DNA from: an uncultured Planctomycetia bacterium | GTDB taxonomy: Bacteria; Omnitrophota; Gorgyraeia; Tantalellales; Tantalellaceae | NCBI GenBank assembly: GCA_964527765.1 | Contig: CAZGQR010000009.1 | Location: 4,579-68,578 of the forward strand | Direction of reading: 5' to 3' | DNA: 64,000 bases | Shown here: positions 43,726 through 55,000 of the stretch, in pieces | Layout of the letters: every line of letters starts with the position of its first letter | How positions within the stretch are numbered: position 1 is the stretch's first letter | Program-made: the position numbers and the translations under genes | Notes under the pieces: model-generated | Databases searched by the model: none | Seen by the model: only the letters and a program-made list of their open reading frames with translations | Told to the model about the DNA's origin: nothing

Positions 43726-46438
43726 TGATACTTCTGGCCTTTTCCACGGCGGCCCGGATCCCTTCCGCTTTTTTCCCGCCGGCCTGGGCGAACGTCGCCT
43801 TCCCTCCGCCGGAGCCGTTGATCTCGCCGGCTATGGAGTTCATTATCTCCCGCGCGTCCACGCCGGCCTCCGTAAGATCGGAAGTCACGGCGCATATCAT
43901 GTATGCCTTGCCGCCGGTGCTCGAGCCCAGCAGTATCACGCCCGACCGCACCTTCTGTTCAAGATACCCCGCGGCTTTCCTGAGCAGCGCCATGTCCAGG
44001 CCTTCCAGGACGGCTGAAACAAAATTTATCCTGCCGAGCACGGCCGGGCTGTCGGCAAGTTTGTCCAATTCCTTTTTCACGCCGCTGAAAACCCCGGCTT
44101 CTTTTTCCTTCTTAAGCTTTTTCGCGGTCCTCTCCAAGCGTTCGCGTGCCTTTAAAAGCTCCGGTCTTATCTTTTCGTCAAACCCGCGCATGACATCCGC
44201 GTCTATGGCGAGCCTGCCGCCGACTATACCATCGATATCGCGCTTCACTTCCTCTTTCAGCTCCGGTTCGGCGCCGCCGGCTGCCGCCTTCAAATCGTCA
44301 AGAAGGCCCTTTAACGTCTCCTTAAGCCACCGGCGGGCATTCTCGCCGGTTACCGCTTCTATTCGCCTGACACCGCTGGCCACGGAACTCTCTCCGGTTA
44401 TTTTCATTATCTCGATATCCCCGGTATTATCCACGTGGGTCCCGCCGCAAAGTTCTTTTGACTTCTCGCCCACCGACACGACACGGACCGTATCGGCGTA
44501 TTTTTCGCCGAAGAACGAAAGCGCCCCTTCTTCCTTTGCCTCTTTAAGCTCTTTGGTCCGGCTGGACACCGGGATGCCTTTGCCTATCCAGGCGTTGACG
44601 ATATCTTCCACTTTCCTCAGTTCCCTGTCCGAGAGTTTCCTCATGTGCGTGAAATCGAACCTTAATCTTTTATCGTCCACGAGGGAACCTGACTGTTTCA
44701 CGTGCTCTCCCAGAACCTGCCGGAGCGCGGCCTGCAGAAGATGGGTGGCGGTATGATTTCTCGCCGTTCTTTCCTTCTTCGCCGAGTCAAGGTCAAGGGT
44801 GACCCTGTCCTTTTTCCTGAAGGATCCCTTCCTTACAACGACATGAAGGACCTTCCTGCCGTCCACCTCGAAGGTGTTCGTGATGTCCATCTGTCCGCCC
44901 GGCTTGAGGATGGCGCCGGTATCCCCCACCTGCCCGCCGGCTTCGGCATAGAACTTCGAGCTCTGGGGGGAAGTTATGACTTCGGCATACTCCCCCTCAC
45001 GGACTTCATCGGATGCCCTGTCCCCGGTCAGTATGAATTCCAGTTCCGCTTCCAGCGGCAGATCGTCCGAAAAAGACGGCTTTGGGGCGTCGGTAAAACG
45101 GTCCGGCTGAAAAATAAATTCACCGGAGATGTCACTGCTCGCACGAGATTCTTCTCTTCTTTTTTCCATCAGCCGCCCGAATCCCTTTATGTCAAGGTCG
45201 ATCCCTCTTTTAGCCGCTTCTTCCTCGATCACGTCAAGGGGCAGGCCGTAGGTATCCACCAGCTTAAATATATCATTTCCTTCCAGTTTCAATTCCCCGG
45301 AGGCGCCGGCGTCGGATGCCACCATGCTTTCAAGGACCGGCACGGCCGCTTCCAGCGTATCGCTGAACCTTTTTTCTTCTTCTTCCACTATCGCGCTTAT
45401 ATGTTCTCTTTTTTCCTCCAGCTCGGGGTACACGTCTTTCATCATCCTCGTAACCGTCGGGACAACATTATATAAAAAAGGCCCCTTTCTGCCGCCTTTC
45501 AGGTAAGCCCTCCTGATAAGTTTTCTTATAACGTATCCCCGCTTTTCATTGGACGGCGAGACACCGTCAGCTACCGCGAACACCGCCGCCCTGACGTGAT
45601 CGGCCATAAGATAAATATCCTCGACCGGCATCTTTTTACCGGCACCGCCCAGTGTCTGCTTTATCCGATCGACGATCGGAATAAAAAGGTCCGTCTCGAA
45701 GTTTGTCATGACGCCCTGCATCACCGACGCCATCCGCTCCAGCCCCATGCCGGTGTCTATGTTCTTGTTGGGGAGCGGCTCCAGCGCCCCGTCGGGCTTC
45801 CTGTCAAACTCGGTGAACACGAGGTTCCACACTTCCACAAACCTTCCGCATTCGCATGAAGGATCGCAGGTCTTTTTCCCGCACCCCTTGTCCTCGCCCC
45901 AGTCGTAGAAAATCTCGGAACACGGGCCGCACGGCCCGTTCGGCCCCTGGGTCGGGGCGTCGGCCGGCCAGAAATTATCATGCGCTCCGAGCCTGACTAT
46001 CTTCTCCGCCGGCACCTTTATCTCATTGAGCCATATGTCATACGATTCATCGTCATCCTCGTAAACGGATACCCACAGCCGCTCTTCGGGAAGACCCATC
46101 TCCCCGGTCATGAACTCCCAGCCCCACCCGATGGCTTCCTTCTTGAAATAATCGCCGAATGAAAAATTCCCCAGCATCTCGAAAAAAGTATGGTGCCGGG
46201 GAGTTTTTCCCACGTTCTCCAGGTCCGCTGTCCGCAGGCATTTCTGGCAGGAAGCCGCGCGCCGAAAGGTGATGTTCTTGCCCATGAACTGTTCCTTGAA
46301 CTGGTTCATCCCGGCGCCGGTGAATAAAAGCGTGGGGTCGCCCTTCGGGACAAGAAGGTCGCTCCGGACGACGGTGTGACCTCTCGTCCTGAAAAAATCG
46401 AGGAATCTCTCTCTTATCTCGCCGGATGTCATGGTCAT
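43709..46438 (-). CDS. alaS: alanine--tRNA ligase
   Basis: Class II AlaRS core, editing domain HxxxH/CxxxH region, C-terminal DHHA1-like. Start reassigned to ATG 46438 ([16 protein letters not shown] overlap with recA stop). ORF track adds a 43-aa extension. Confidence 0.9.
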   Translation of the reverse strand: MTMTSGEIRERFLDFFRTRGHTVVRSDLLVPKGDPTLLFTGAGMNQFKEQFMGKNITFRRAASCQKCLRTADLENVGKTPRHHTFFEMLGNFSFGDYFKKEAIGWGWEFMTGEMGLPEERLWVSVYEDDDESYDIWLNEIKVPAEKIVRLGAHDNFWPADAPTQGPNGPCGPCSEIFYDWGEDKGCGKKTCDPSCECGRFVEVWNLVFTEFDRKPDGALEPLPNKNIDTGMGLERMASVMQGVMTNFETDLFIPIVDRIKQTLGGAGKKMPVEDIYLMADHVRAAVFAVADGVSPSNEKRGYVIRKLIRRAYLKGGRKGPFLYNVVPTVTRMMKDVYPELEEKREHISAIVEEEEKRFSDTLEAAVPVLESMVASDAGASGELKLEGNDIFKLVDTYGLPLDVIEEEAAKRGIDLDIKGFGRLMEKRREESRASSDISGEFIFQPDRFTDAPKPSFSDDLPLEAELEFILTGDRASDEVREGEYAEVITSPQSSKFYAEAGGQVGDTGAILKPGGQMDITNTFEVDGRKVLHVVVRKGSFRKKDRVTLDLDSAKKERTARNHTATHLLQAALRQVLGEHVKQSGSLVDDKRLRFDFTHMRKLSDRELRKVEDIVNAWIGKGIPVSSRTKELKEAKEEGALSFFGEKYADTVRVVSVGEKSKELCGGTHVDNTGDIEIMKITGESSVASGVRRIEAVTGENARRWLKETLKGLLDDLKAAAGGAEPELKEEVKRDIDGIVGGRLAIDADVMRGFDEKIRPELLKARERLERTAKKLKKEKEAGVFSGVKKELDKLADSPAVLGRINFVSAVLEGLDMALLRKAAGYLEQKVRSGVILLGSSTGGKAYMICAVTSDLTEAGVDAREIMNSIAGEINGSGGGKATFAQAGGKKAEGIRAAVEKARSIIEKRG

Positions 46439-47493
46439 TGCGCGATGTTTATCAGGGCTTTTTTTACTTCGGTTTCGATCTTCTTCAGCAAACCGGGATT
46501 TTCCTTCAGATGCAGCCGCGCGTTCTCTTTCCCCTGTCCGATCTTCTCGTCGCCGAAGGAGAGCCACGTGCCGGTCTTCTTGATAACCCCGACTTCCTCC
46601 GCCATATCGATGATGCTCGAGGACCGGGATATCCCCTCGTCGAACATGATGTCGAACTCCGCCTGCTTGAACGGCGGGGCGAGCTTGTTCTTGACGACTT
46701 TCGCCCTGACACGGCTGCCTATGACCTTGTCGCCCTTCTTGAGGGACGCTATGCGCCTCAGGTCGATCCGCACCGATGAATAGAACTTCAGGGCGTTACC
46801 TCCGGTGGTGGTCTCCGGGTTGCCGAACATGATGCCTATTTTCATCCTCATCTGATTAATGAAAATAACGCAGGTCTTCGACTTGCTTATGACGCCGGTA
46901 AGTTTCCTGAGCGCCTGGCTCATGAGCCGGGCCTGCAGGCCCATGTGGGGTTCCCCCATCTCGCCCTCTATCTCCTTCCTGGGGGTAAGAGCCGCAACCG
47001 AATCTATGACGATGACATCAACGGCGTTGCTGCGGACCAGGGTTTCCGCGATATCCAGCGCCTGTTCCCCGTTATCGGGCTGGGATATCAGCAGATTATC
47101 CAGATTGACGCCGATCTTTTTAGCGTAAACCGGATCAAATGCGTGCTCGGCGTCTATGAAAGCCGCTTCGCCGCCGGTTTTCTGCGCGCTGGCAAGTATG
47201 TTCAGGGTAAGCGTGGTCTTCCCGCTGGCTTCGGGTCCGAATATCTCGATGACCCTTCCGCGGGGCACGCCGTTCGTCCCCAGCGCTATATCCAGGCCGA
47301 TCGATCCGGTGGATATCGACTCCACCTCGGTATTATACCCTTTCCCCATCTTCATTATCGCGCCTTCGCCGAAATCCTTATGGATCTTATCAAGCGCCAG
47401 CTCCAATGCATTCCTTTTAGCCGTGCTTTTTACATCCGTTTTTTCAGCAGTATTTTTTTCGCCGCCGGATCTGCTTTTCCCTTTTTTTATCAT
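46435..47493 (-). CDS. recA: recombinase RecA
   Basis: 352 aa. Walker [11 protein letters not shown]1/L2 loops. GGAGG RBS 7 nt upstream. Confidence 0.95.
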   Translation of the reverse strand: MIKKGKSRSGGEKNTAEKTDVKSTAKRNALELALDKIHKDFGEGAIMKMGKGYNTEVESISTGSIGLDIALGTNGVPRGRVIEIFGPEASGKTTLTLNILASAQKTGGEAAFIDAEHAFDPVYAKKIGVNLDNLLISQPDNGEQALDIAETLVRSNAVDVIVIDSVAALTPRKEIEGEMGEPHMGLQARLMSQALRKLTGVISKSKTCVIFINQMRMKIGIMFGNPETTTGGNALKFYSSVRIDLRRIASLKKGDKVIGSRVRAKVVKNKLAPPFKQAEFDIMFDEGISRSSSIIDMAEEVGVIKKTGTWLSFGDEKIGQGKENARLHLKENPGLLKKIETEVKKALINIAQ

Positions 47494-47538
47494 GATTCGC
47501 CTCCGTTTTATTTTAATAATTTATATTGCCTGCTTTAT

Positions 47539-47602
47539 TATACAAACATGATTTATTCTTTGTAAAGCTTTAATTATACAATATTTTACTTATAAGGCAA
47601 GT
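47539..47602 (-). promoter_or_regulatory. recA promoter region: two candidate sigma70 promoters, the proximal one overlapping a palindrome (candidate operator)
   Basis: Minus strand TTTACA (rc 47562-47567), 17 nt, TATAAT (rc 47539-47544). Second TTGCCT, 18 nt, TATAAT (rc 47573-47578). Palindrome TACAAA-N12-TTTGTA overlaps the proximal -35/spacer. Confidence 0.4.
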
Positions 47603-47716
47603 TCGGAAAAATCCGTCTTTTCCGGACACCGGCAGAAGAGAAGCCCCGGTATATAAGACACGCGGCACGGCTTTTTTCTTTCAGCCGGCCGGTAGAAAAT
47701 CCGCGGATAGCCGGAT

Positions 47717-48301
47717 CTACCCGGCAAGTTCCGCAATGGCCAGTGGTGAGTAAACAGCGCCCTTCGGGGTAAGGACCGACTTGAAAAGCACTATCCTGGA
47801 GACGGAGGTGCGCGCGGGCTTGACCTTTATCGAGCGGGCCAGTCTTTCCAGCTCATCTTTATTCTTCGCTCTTCTCACTCTTCCAAGAGTAAGGTGCGAG
47901 CTGAAGGCCCTCTTCTCTTTCTCGAAGCCCTCAAGGGCCATGGCCTCTTCCGCGCGGGATGCAAGGTCTTTTACTTGATCATCGCCTTCTCCCACCCCTA
48001 CCCACAGCACCCTGGGATGGTTCCATCCGGGAAAGACGCCGATACCGCCCAGCGCGATCTCGAACGGCGATGCCGACCGCGCTATTTCCTTTAATCTTTG
48101 CGCAAGAGCGCCGATCTTCTCTTCCGGGACATGCCCGAGGAACTTCAACGTGAGATGTACGGACCCCGGCCGGACCCACTTGACGTCAGCGTCCGCCTCT
48201 TTGAGTGAATCTATTATCCTTGAAAGCTCGCTTCTGGTCTCGTCCGAAAGTTCCAGGGCGATAAAGCTTCTTATCTTCTGCGAGGCGCCTTCATTAGCCA
48301 T
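47717..48301 (-). CDS. thpR: RNA 2',3'-cyclic phosphodiesterase (2H phosphoesterase, LigT/ThpR)
   Basis: 194 aa with two HxTx motifs (HLTLKF and HLTLGR). Confidence 0.8.
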   Translation of the reverse strand: MANEGASQKIRSFIALELSDETRSELSRIIDSLKEADADVKWVRPGSVHLTLKFLGHVPEEKIGALAQRLKEIARSASPFEIALGGIGVFPGWNHPRVLWVGVGEGDDQVKDLASRAEEAMALEGFEKEKRAFSSHLTLGRVRRAKNKDELERLARSIKVKPARTSVSRIVLFKSVLTPKGAVYSPLAIAELAG

Positions 48302-48304
48302 TTT

Positions 48305-48802
48305 CTACATATTCTCCCGGATAAGCTCCAGCACCGCCTGAGAGAAACGCTCCTTGATCAGCCGGCGGCTGCCTTTGAAAAAAACCTTTTTAGTTTTACA
48401 TACTTTTCCCGAAATGAACGCCGTGTACGCCAGGCCCACGGGTTTCCCCGGGCTTCCCCCGCCGGGACCGGCGACGCCCGTGACCGCCGCCGCCATGTCC
48501 GCGCTTAAAACGCGCCTGGCGCCTTCCGCCATGGCCCGGGCGGTCTGGCGGCTGACCGCTCCGTGCTTCTTTATTATCTCTGAAGGAACACCGAGAACGG
48601 ATATTTTGACGCTGTTAGCGTAAGCTACGACACCTCCCGCAAAATACCCGGAACTGCCGGGCACGTTCGTCAGGCGGTGGGATACAAGTCCTCCGGTGCA
48701 GGATTCGGCGAGGGCAAAGGTCTTTTTTTTCTTCCTGAGCGTTCTGGCGATCTCCAGTTCCGCGGTTTCAGGTCCGGAGAAGCTTTTTCTTCTGGTTTTC
48801 AT
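48305..48802 (-). CDS. cinA: CinA C-terminal domain protein / NMN amidohydrolase PncC family
   Basis: 165 aa. TFALAESCTGGLVSHRLTNVPGSS...VAYAN signature. No N-terminal MoCF-type domain. Confidence 0.8.
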   Translation of the reverse strand: MKTRRKSFSGPETAELEIARTLRKKKKTFALAESCTGGLVSHRLTNVPGSSGYFAGGVVAYANSVKISVLGVPSEIIKKHGAVSRQTARAMAEGARRVLSADMAAAVTGVAGPGGGSPGKPVGLAYTAFISGKVCKTKKVFFKGSRRLIKERFSQAVLELIRENM

Positions 48803-48809
48803 GAGAGGT

Positions 48810-48838
48810 ATTATAGCGTAATCACGGAGATTTGTGAA
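48810..48838 (-). promoter_or_regulatory. candidate promoter for cinA-thpR with leaderless geometry
   Basis: Minus strand TTCACA (rc 48833-48838), 17 nt, TATAAT (rc 48810-48815). Only 7 nt separate the -10 from the cinA ATG, and there is no SD. Confidence 0.35.
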
Positions 48839-48948
48839 AAAATAAATGGGCTTGAACCAATGAAGGGGACGGGTTTAGTCTTGCAGGGGACCCTTCGAAT
48901 GCTCTTTTTCATCGTATTCTCAGGATAAATTTTTTTGTTCGAAAAATT

Positions 48949-48995
48949 GGGGGACACTTGCAATCTTAAAAAGGGGGACACTTGCAATCTTAAAA
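48949..48995. repeat. perfect tandem direct repeat, 2 x 23 nt (gggggacacttgcaatcttaaaa), period 24
   Basis: Copy 1 at 48949-48971, copy 2 at 48973-48995, identical. Sits between the giant-ORF stop (49020) and the cinA promoter. Confidence 0.85.
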
Positions 48996-49019
48996 TCGCA
49001 AACGGTACAAATTAGCGGA

Positions 49020-52000
49020 TTACGCGGCGGATGCTATGAGTTCCTCGATCTTTTTATACACGCCTCTGTCGGGGACCTTGACCGCTCCCGGGATAAGCCT
49101 GATAATAACGGTGGTTCTGTAGCATTCGGCTGTCCTGTCCCAGCACATCTCCCATATGGCGTCCTCGTCAAGGTCCGCGGCATTGTCTATGGTCCTGTAG
49201 CAGCTTATGAACTTCTCTCTCCAGTATTCCACCCACCCTTCATCTCCATGTTCCCCCATCCTTGCAAGGGCCCGGAAAAGAGTGAAAAGGACCACTTCCA
49301 TCAGCGGATAATAATGCTCGCTCGTCAGGCCATTGTCCGTTATCTCCGTTATCGTGGAACTTCCCTCAAATCCCTTGAAATATTTTTCGCGGTTTTCGCT
49401 GCTCGTCACGATCATGACATTTTCCCTGCGCACGCTGCCGTCACCGTTCTGCACTACCGATTCAAGGCCGGCGGCAAGGTTTTTGCCATTGCCGTAGCGG
49501 ATCACGATATTCTTAAGAAAATAAGCGAGCTGGTCGTTACCGCCCGCGCGGTCCTTGAGCGCCCCGATCAGTCTGCCCAGTTGTTCCCTTATCTCTCCCC
49601 CGGCCAGCTCTTCGTCAACGGCAAGCACTATCTTTTCTCTCCTGTGACACGCAGTGATCAGGCCGTTCACCAGTTCCGGGAGGACCGTCTCCATCCTTCT
49701 CATGATCCTTTTCTCGGGTAATATTTCCATATCCTCAGCCGGTTTGACCCGTGAAGCATCACCGTCGGCCGCCAGTCTTGCTTTGAAGAAAGACCTTACC
49801 TTATCAAGTTCGTCCATAACGTCTTTCATGTTATCCGGCGTGCGCCTGTCTGTATCCCCCGCGGTCATGCCCATGACCAGCAGTCCCAGGCCGCTCACCG
49901 TGATATCGTGCCCGGAAACGCCGCTATCCCTTCTTTCATCCTCGATGAACAGGTGCTCTATCGTCCTTCCCAGGCCGTAGATATCGCGCTGCGGGCATGC
50001 ATCCTTGTCGCCGGTCGAGAACCGGTCATGCCCCCCGCCGACACGTTCGCCTTCCGGCCTGGCCAGGCCGAAATCGATCAGCATGACCTGTCCGCCCCTG
50101 TTGAAAAGAATATTATCCGGGGCCACGTCATTATGGGTCCAGCCGGCCTCATGCATGCGGTGCAGTATCTCCGCCACGCGGATAAAGACATCTATCTTTT
50201 CAAGGGGCCCGAGTTCCTGCCAGCGGCCCGCCGCGAGGTCTTCGCCCTCTTCCATCCCTTTAAGCTTCATCCAGAACGCACCGTTCGGGGTCGTGCCGAG
50301 GGTGATCAATCGCGGGATGCCTTCCCGGACCCCCAGCTTGTCCAGCTCCACCAGGGCCTGAGCTTCCTTGATGTTCACTTCGTTGTTATATCTTATTCCC
50401 TGTTCGTCCTCATCCATCCGCGAAACTTTATAAAAAACGTCCGGGTCCGACATGTCCTGAAAAATATCCGAGACATACCCGGACGCCATGTAGTCGTATT
50501 TTTCCTCATCGTGTTCCTCTTCCGAGACACCAAGGATCGAACGATCGACCAGCTGCTTAAGGCGCGGGTCCCGCTCCAGCTGCTTCAAAAGCTCTTCCGC
50601 CGCGTCGCTTGCCGCAGCAAATCCGAATTCAGCATCACCGGCAGCACCGGCATCCTCCGTCCCGAGAAGTTCCCGCCACTCTTCTTCTCCGAACATGGGA
50701 AGTCCCGGCTCCGTTTCCCCGAATAATTCCGTATCATTCAGGTGCTTTTCCATTATGGAAATGCTTTCCTCGATCTCCCGGAAAATATCCAGGATCAACT
50801 CCCTCCTCTTGTCGTCAATATTGGCTTCCCGCGCCAGAAATTCATCGATGGTCCTCGGAATGACCCTCAGGAACTCTATCTCCTTTGAGCTTCCGGAGGT
50901 AATTCCAAGTTCAAATTTCAGCATCTCGCGGATCCCGCCCAGCACCCAGACCATGGCTCCTTTTGTGCCGAGCCCCAGGTCCACGTACACCACCGGGGAG
51001 AGGTGCGCATCCGAGTGCTGAAGGACAAGATTCTGCCCTTTCATGTCCCTGATATAGAATCCCACGGCTTCACCGCTTTCATCCTTTTCCGCGGTAAGAA
51101 GCCACGCGCGGATTATGGTCTCGATCGCCTCCCGGTACGCTTTTTCCTTTTCCGCGGGGTCGTCGATCCTGTCGATGCTTACACCGTCCGCGAACTCGCC
51201 GATAGTGAGCCCGTAAATATCCTGCTTGTCCAGGTCCCTTGAAAGCCGGCGACTGAAGTCGTCCTCGATATAATAGCTTTTCTTGATGAATATCGCCACG
51301 CCGTTAAGCGCGCGGAGCTGCTTGAACCAGTCGATCTCGCGGCCTACCTTTTCCTGGGCGGTCATGATGTCTTCATAGTTCTCTTCATCTATCAGCCTGC
51401 ACCCGAACTTTATCCTGCGTCCGTCGTCGACTTCCGCTTCGACCCTGAACACGTCTTTGTAATCCCCGCTCTCTATATACCTTATGCCCCTGATGATGAA
51501 ATTTCTGCTTGTCGGGGAAACCTGCTGTTTGACGTCTTCCAATATTTCGGATAAGGCCCTTTTTAATGCCGCTTTCAATCTTCTTGTCCCCAGGGGCCAG
51601 ATCGTTTCCCGCAGCCCTCCCCAGAGGAGATCGTCGTCAATGCGCACTTCGGGCCTGAGGGGCAGTCTGGCGGACATCATTTTGGGCTGCGCGGCTTCCT
51701 TCCCGGTCAGAATGGCCCTTACCCTCAGGGCTTCGGCGCGGAATTCCCGCGCCGCGTCCGCGTCGCCGAGCTCGTCCTGCCTGAAAGCCAGTTTCTCCAG
51801 GTAATCCGCGGCGGCGTAGGCCGCTATCATCATGTTATAACTCGCTTTTTTGCTGGAACCCGATATCTTTCGCCATATTTCGCTCTCTTTTCTTGAAGGA
51901 TCGCGCGCCCATGACAATCCCTTCACCTTGGGATCGGCATCCGTCGCGGGAAGAGCGCCCCCGGCGATGTCATGCCTCTTGAGATACCTTCTGATGATCC

Positions 52001-55000
52001 TCGCCGCTCTTTTCTGGTGATAGCTCGCGATGTAAAAGATCATGTTATCAAGCCGCTCGTAGACGCCGTTGGGGCTTGCCGCTTTCGCGGAGAAATCTAT
52101 CTTCTTCTTTATCAGCTCCTGCGTAAGATCGATAAAATGCGCGTGGATCTCCGGGGCCCTGTCCGGCTTGAACGTTATGTAAGCACGCACTTCTTCCGCA
52201 CCCGGGTCCCTGTACTTCCCGGTCGATTTGTTGTAAAACAGCATGAAACCTGACGCGTTACGCGTGTCCCCGTTATAGTGATAATCGGACTCTGCGTTTA
52301 TGTGCCTGAAACGGACTTCGATGCCGAACTTTTCGAGCAAGATCTCCCTGAAACCCTGACGGACGGCGCGCCCCTCTTCCAGTATCTTCATGGCCCTTTC
52401 GCGGGATGGCTCGCTTTTTTCTCTCCGTCGTTCTATAAGAAAATTATACATGTATCGCACTACCCGGCCGGCAAGTGTGGGCCTGTCCCCTTCGACAAAA
52501 AGGTTCCCCATTACCGGGGCGATAAAAACATCCGGTTTCCTGTCCACGACAGGAAAAAGAGGGCTTACCTCTACACCGTCCGGTTCCAGAGCGCCGGTAG
52601 ATTCCCCCCGTTGCCGCGCGAACAGTTTTTCGAACTCCGCCAGTTTTTTCGGATCCTTCGCCAGAGCTTTCCTGATCACGTCCGCCTGGGAGAGAAGCCC
52701 CGTGCGCACGAGATACTCGACCAGTTCCTGCGCCGTGGCTTTTCCGGCGAACCCTTTCAAATGTTCGGCATCCAGCCCTCCGCCCATTGGTGGCGATTTA
52801 TCTTCAGGTGATTCGGCAATGGGCGGACGGGCTGTGATGCCGCTGCGGGCAGGCAATTCGTCCGTTATGAATATCCTTATCTGGGGATCGCGGTAATCGC
52901 AGTTCGAATCAAGTTCCTTTCCGTACAGATACGCGCTATAAGGGATCCCACAGGCCTTCAGATAGCTCGTATAGATCTCGAGGTGTTCCAGTTCACCGGA
53001 GGCGAGCCTGCGCTCCGGGAAGAGCTCGTAGTCATCCTTCTTGTCAAACCTGTATATGTATTTGAGCGGGAAATAAAAATCGGCCCGGACGGTCCTGTCC
53101 CGCGAGCGCTTCTCCGAGTCAATAAGAGTGATTATGGAATCGAAACTGTGGCGGTGGCAGGCGCCCCATGCGCCTCCCGTGATCACGAAAACAATATCGT
53201 CATTTTTAAGAACGGTTTCCACCCATTCCGCTTCAAGATCACCTTTATTTATCTGCGTTTCTCCGATCCCGTATTTTGACGCGAGCCGTTCCGGATCGGG
53301 GGCATATGCATCCGAAGGCCTGGTCACGATGCACCGGTGATCGACCGGGCCGAGCGCATCTTCAACGCCGGCGATCGTTCTGCCGGGGATCTCCGGGTGG
53401 ATCTCAAGGGCTGCTATTTTCGCGTCGGTAACGGCTGTTTCTCTGGCGGAAGAGGCCGTGGCACGTGGAGGCTTTGTGAAAACATAAGCGGTATTGACAT
53501 TTATCAGTCCCGGTATTTCCTCAAACCCGGGTTCATTTTCCACGAAATCCTTTCCGTCGAAGTGGCCCCATTTCAGGCTCCACCCACCTTTCTTTACGAG
53601 TTTTTTGCTAAGCTTACGTATAATAGGCCTGTTCTTCCGGTAGGCTTTCGAACTCGGCGGAAACTCTATAATGATCTGTCCGCCGGGCGCCATCCATTCT
53701 CCGAGCTTCTCATACCAGGCATCGGGAATATCCTTCACGTCAACATAAACGGCGACGTTGCATAATCTCAAAGTCCCGACACTGCCCGGCGCAAGATCCA
53801 GGTCGAGTATGTCCTGCTCCAGCACTTCCATCCCGTCGTCCGTCTCCAGCAGCGCCTCTTTTACCTGATTCAAATACGCGATAACAAAAGGATTCTTGTC
53901 CACGAAAACATACTTGCGGTCCTTGGAAAAATTCAAAAAGTAATAAAAGGGATTAGTGCCCGAAGCCAGGTCATAAAAGGGTTTTTTGTTCGCTTCCGCA
54001 TCCGGATTTTCGTGCCCCGCTATGATCCGGTTCAGCTGACCTATTTCCCGTGCGTATTCTATGTTTATGAGGGCCAAAAGCCGGCCTAACAGCGCTACAA
54101 ATTCCTTCGCCTCCGGATCTGCATGCATAGTGCCCGTAAAAGCGGTAAACCGCCGGAACCCGTCAAACATGTAAGGCTGATCAAGTTCTTCATATTCTTC
54201 CACTAAAAGTTCATAAGCCAGGTTAAGATCTTTCGCAGTGTTTAAAGAAAGAAGTAATTTGCCTGCTATTTTGAAAAAATCAAATCCGGTGCGTTCGATC
54301 ATCTCGACGAACTTCGGGTCCTTCTGCATGTAGATCTCTCTGGCGCGGGCGGCAAACCGCTCCGTGTTTTCCGCCGAACGGGCGGCGGGCAGTCCGGGAA
54401 CGGGCTCAAATTCGATGGAAGTCCGCGTTCCTACGATATTCCTGTGATTTTTACCGTAAATTTCCTGTCTTCCATAATACGCCACGCCGTCCAAGGCCCT
54501 GACGGCCTTTTCACCGGCCCCGTAACCGTACAGCTGGGCATTATGAGCCCCTATCGTTTTCCCCGTATCTACGCCCTCTTTCGACGCCGTATCGTATACG
54601 TCCATGACTTTCGCGCTTCCGTGGGGGGAGAGCTCCAGATAAATGAATATGGGACGTTCGAGATCCATTCTGTTCCCGTGCACAAAAGCGTTCTGTAAAA
54701 CCTCCCGGACCGCGGAACGCATGTCTTCTCTGCCAAATGCCCCGGACATACCCCACGCAAGATCGATCAACAGGCCTTTTAACTCTTCGTATTTATTCTT
54801 TACTTTGGAGAGAGCTTTTAGATCGAGACTGACGATCTTCCCGTTTTTGATCGCGTTTATTATTTCGTCTGTCGAAGAAATATCTATCTTGACGATCTCG
54901 GATGCGCCGGTCGTCTCCCTTATCGCCTGCTTCAGGGGATCCAGCGGCGGTAAAACCCTCTGCCCGTCGGCGGATACCGCGGAGAATAAGACCCCCTGCT

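Noticed and set aside
47611-47636. Hairpin ccggaaaa-N7-ttttccgg downstream of thpR as an intrinsic terminator
   Set aside because: Stem is A/T-rich and not followed by a U-tract on the minus-strand transcript. At most a weak pause or processing structure.
48949-48995. Possible CRISPR array (tandem 23-nt repeats)
   Set aside because: Only two directly abutting copies with no spacers. No cas genes in the window. This is a simple tandem duplication, not a CRISPR.
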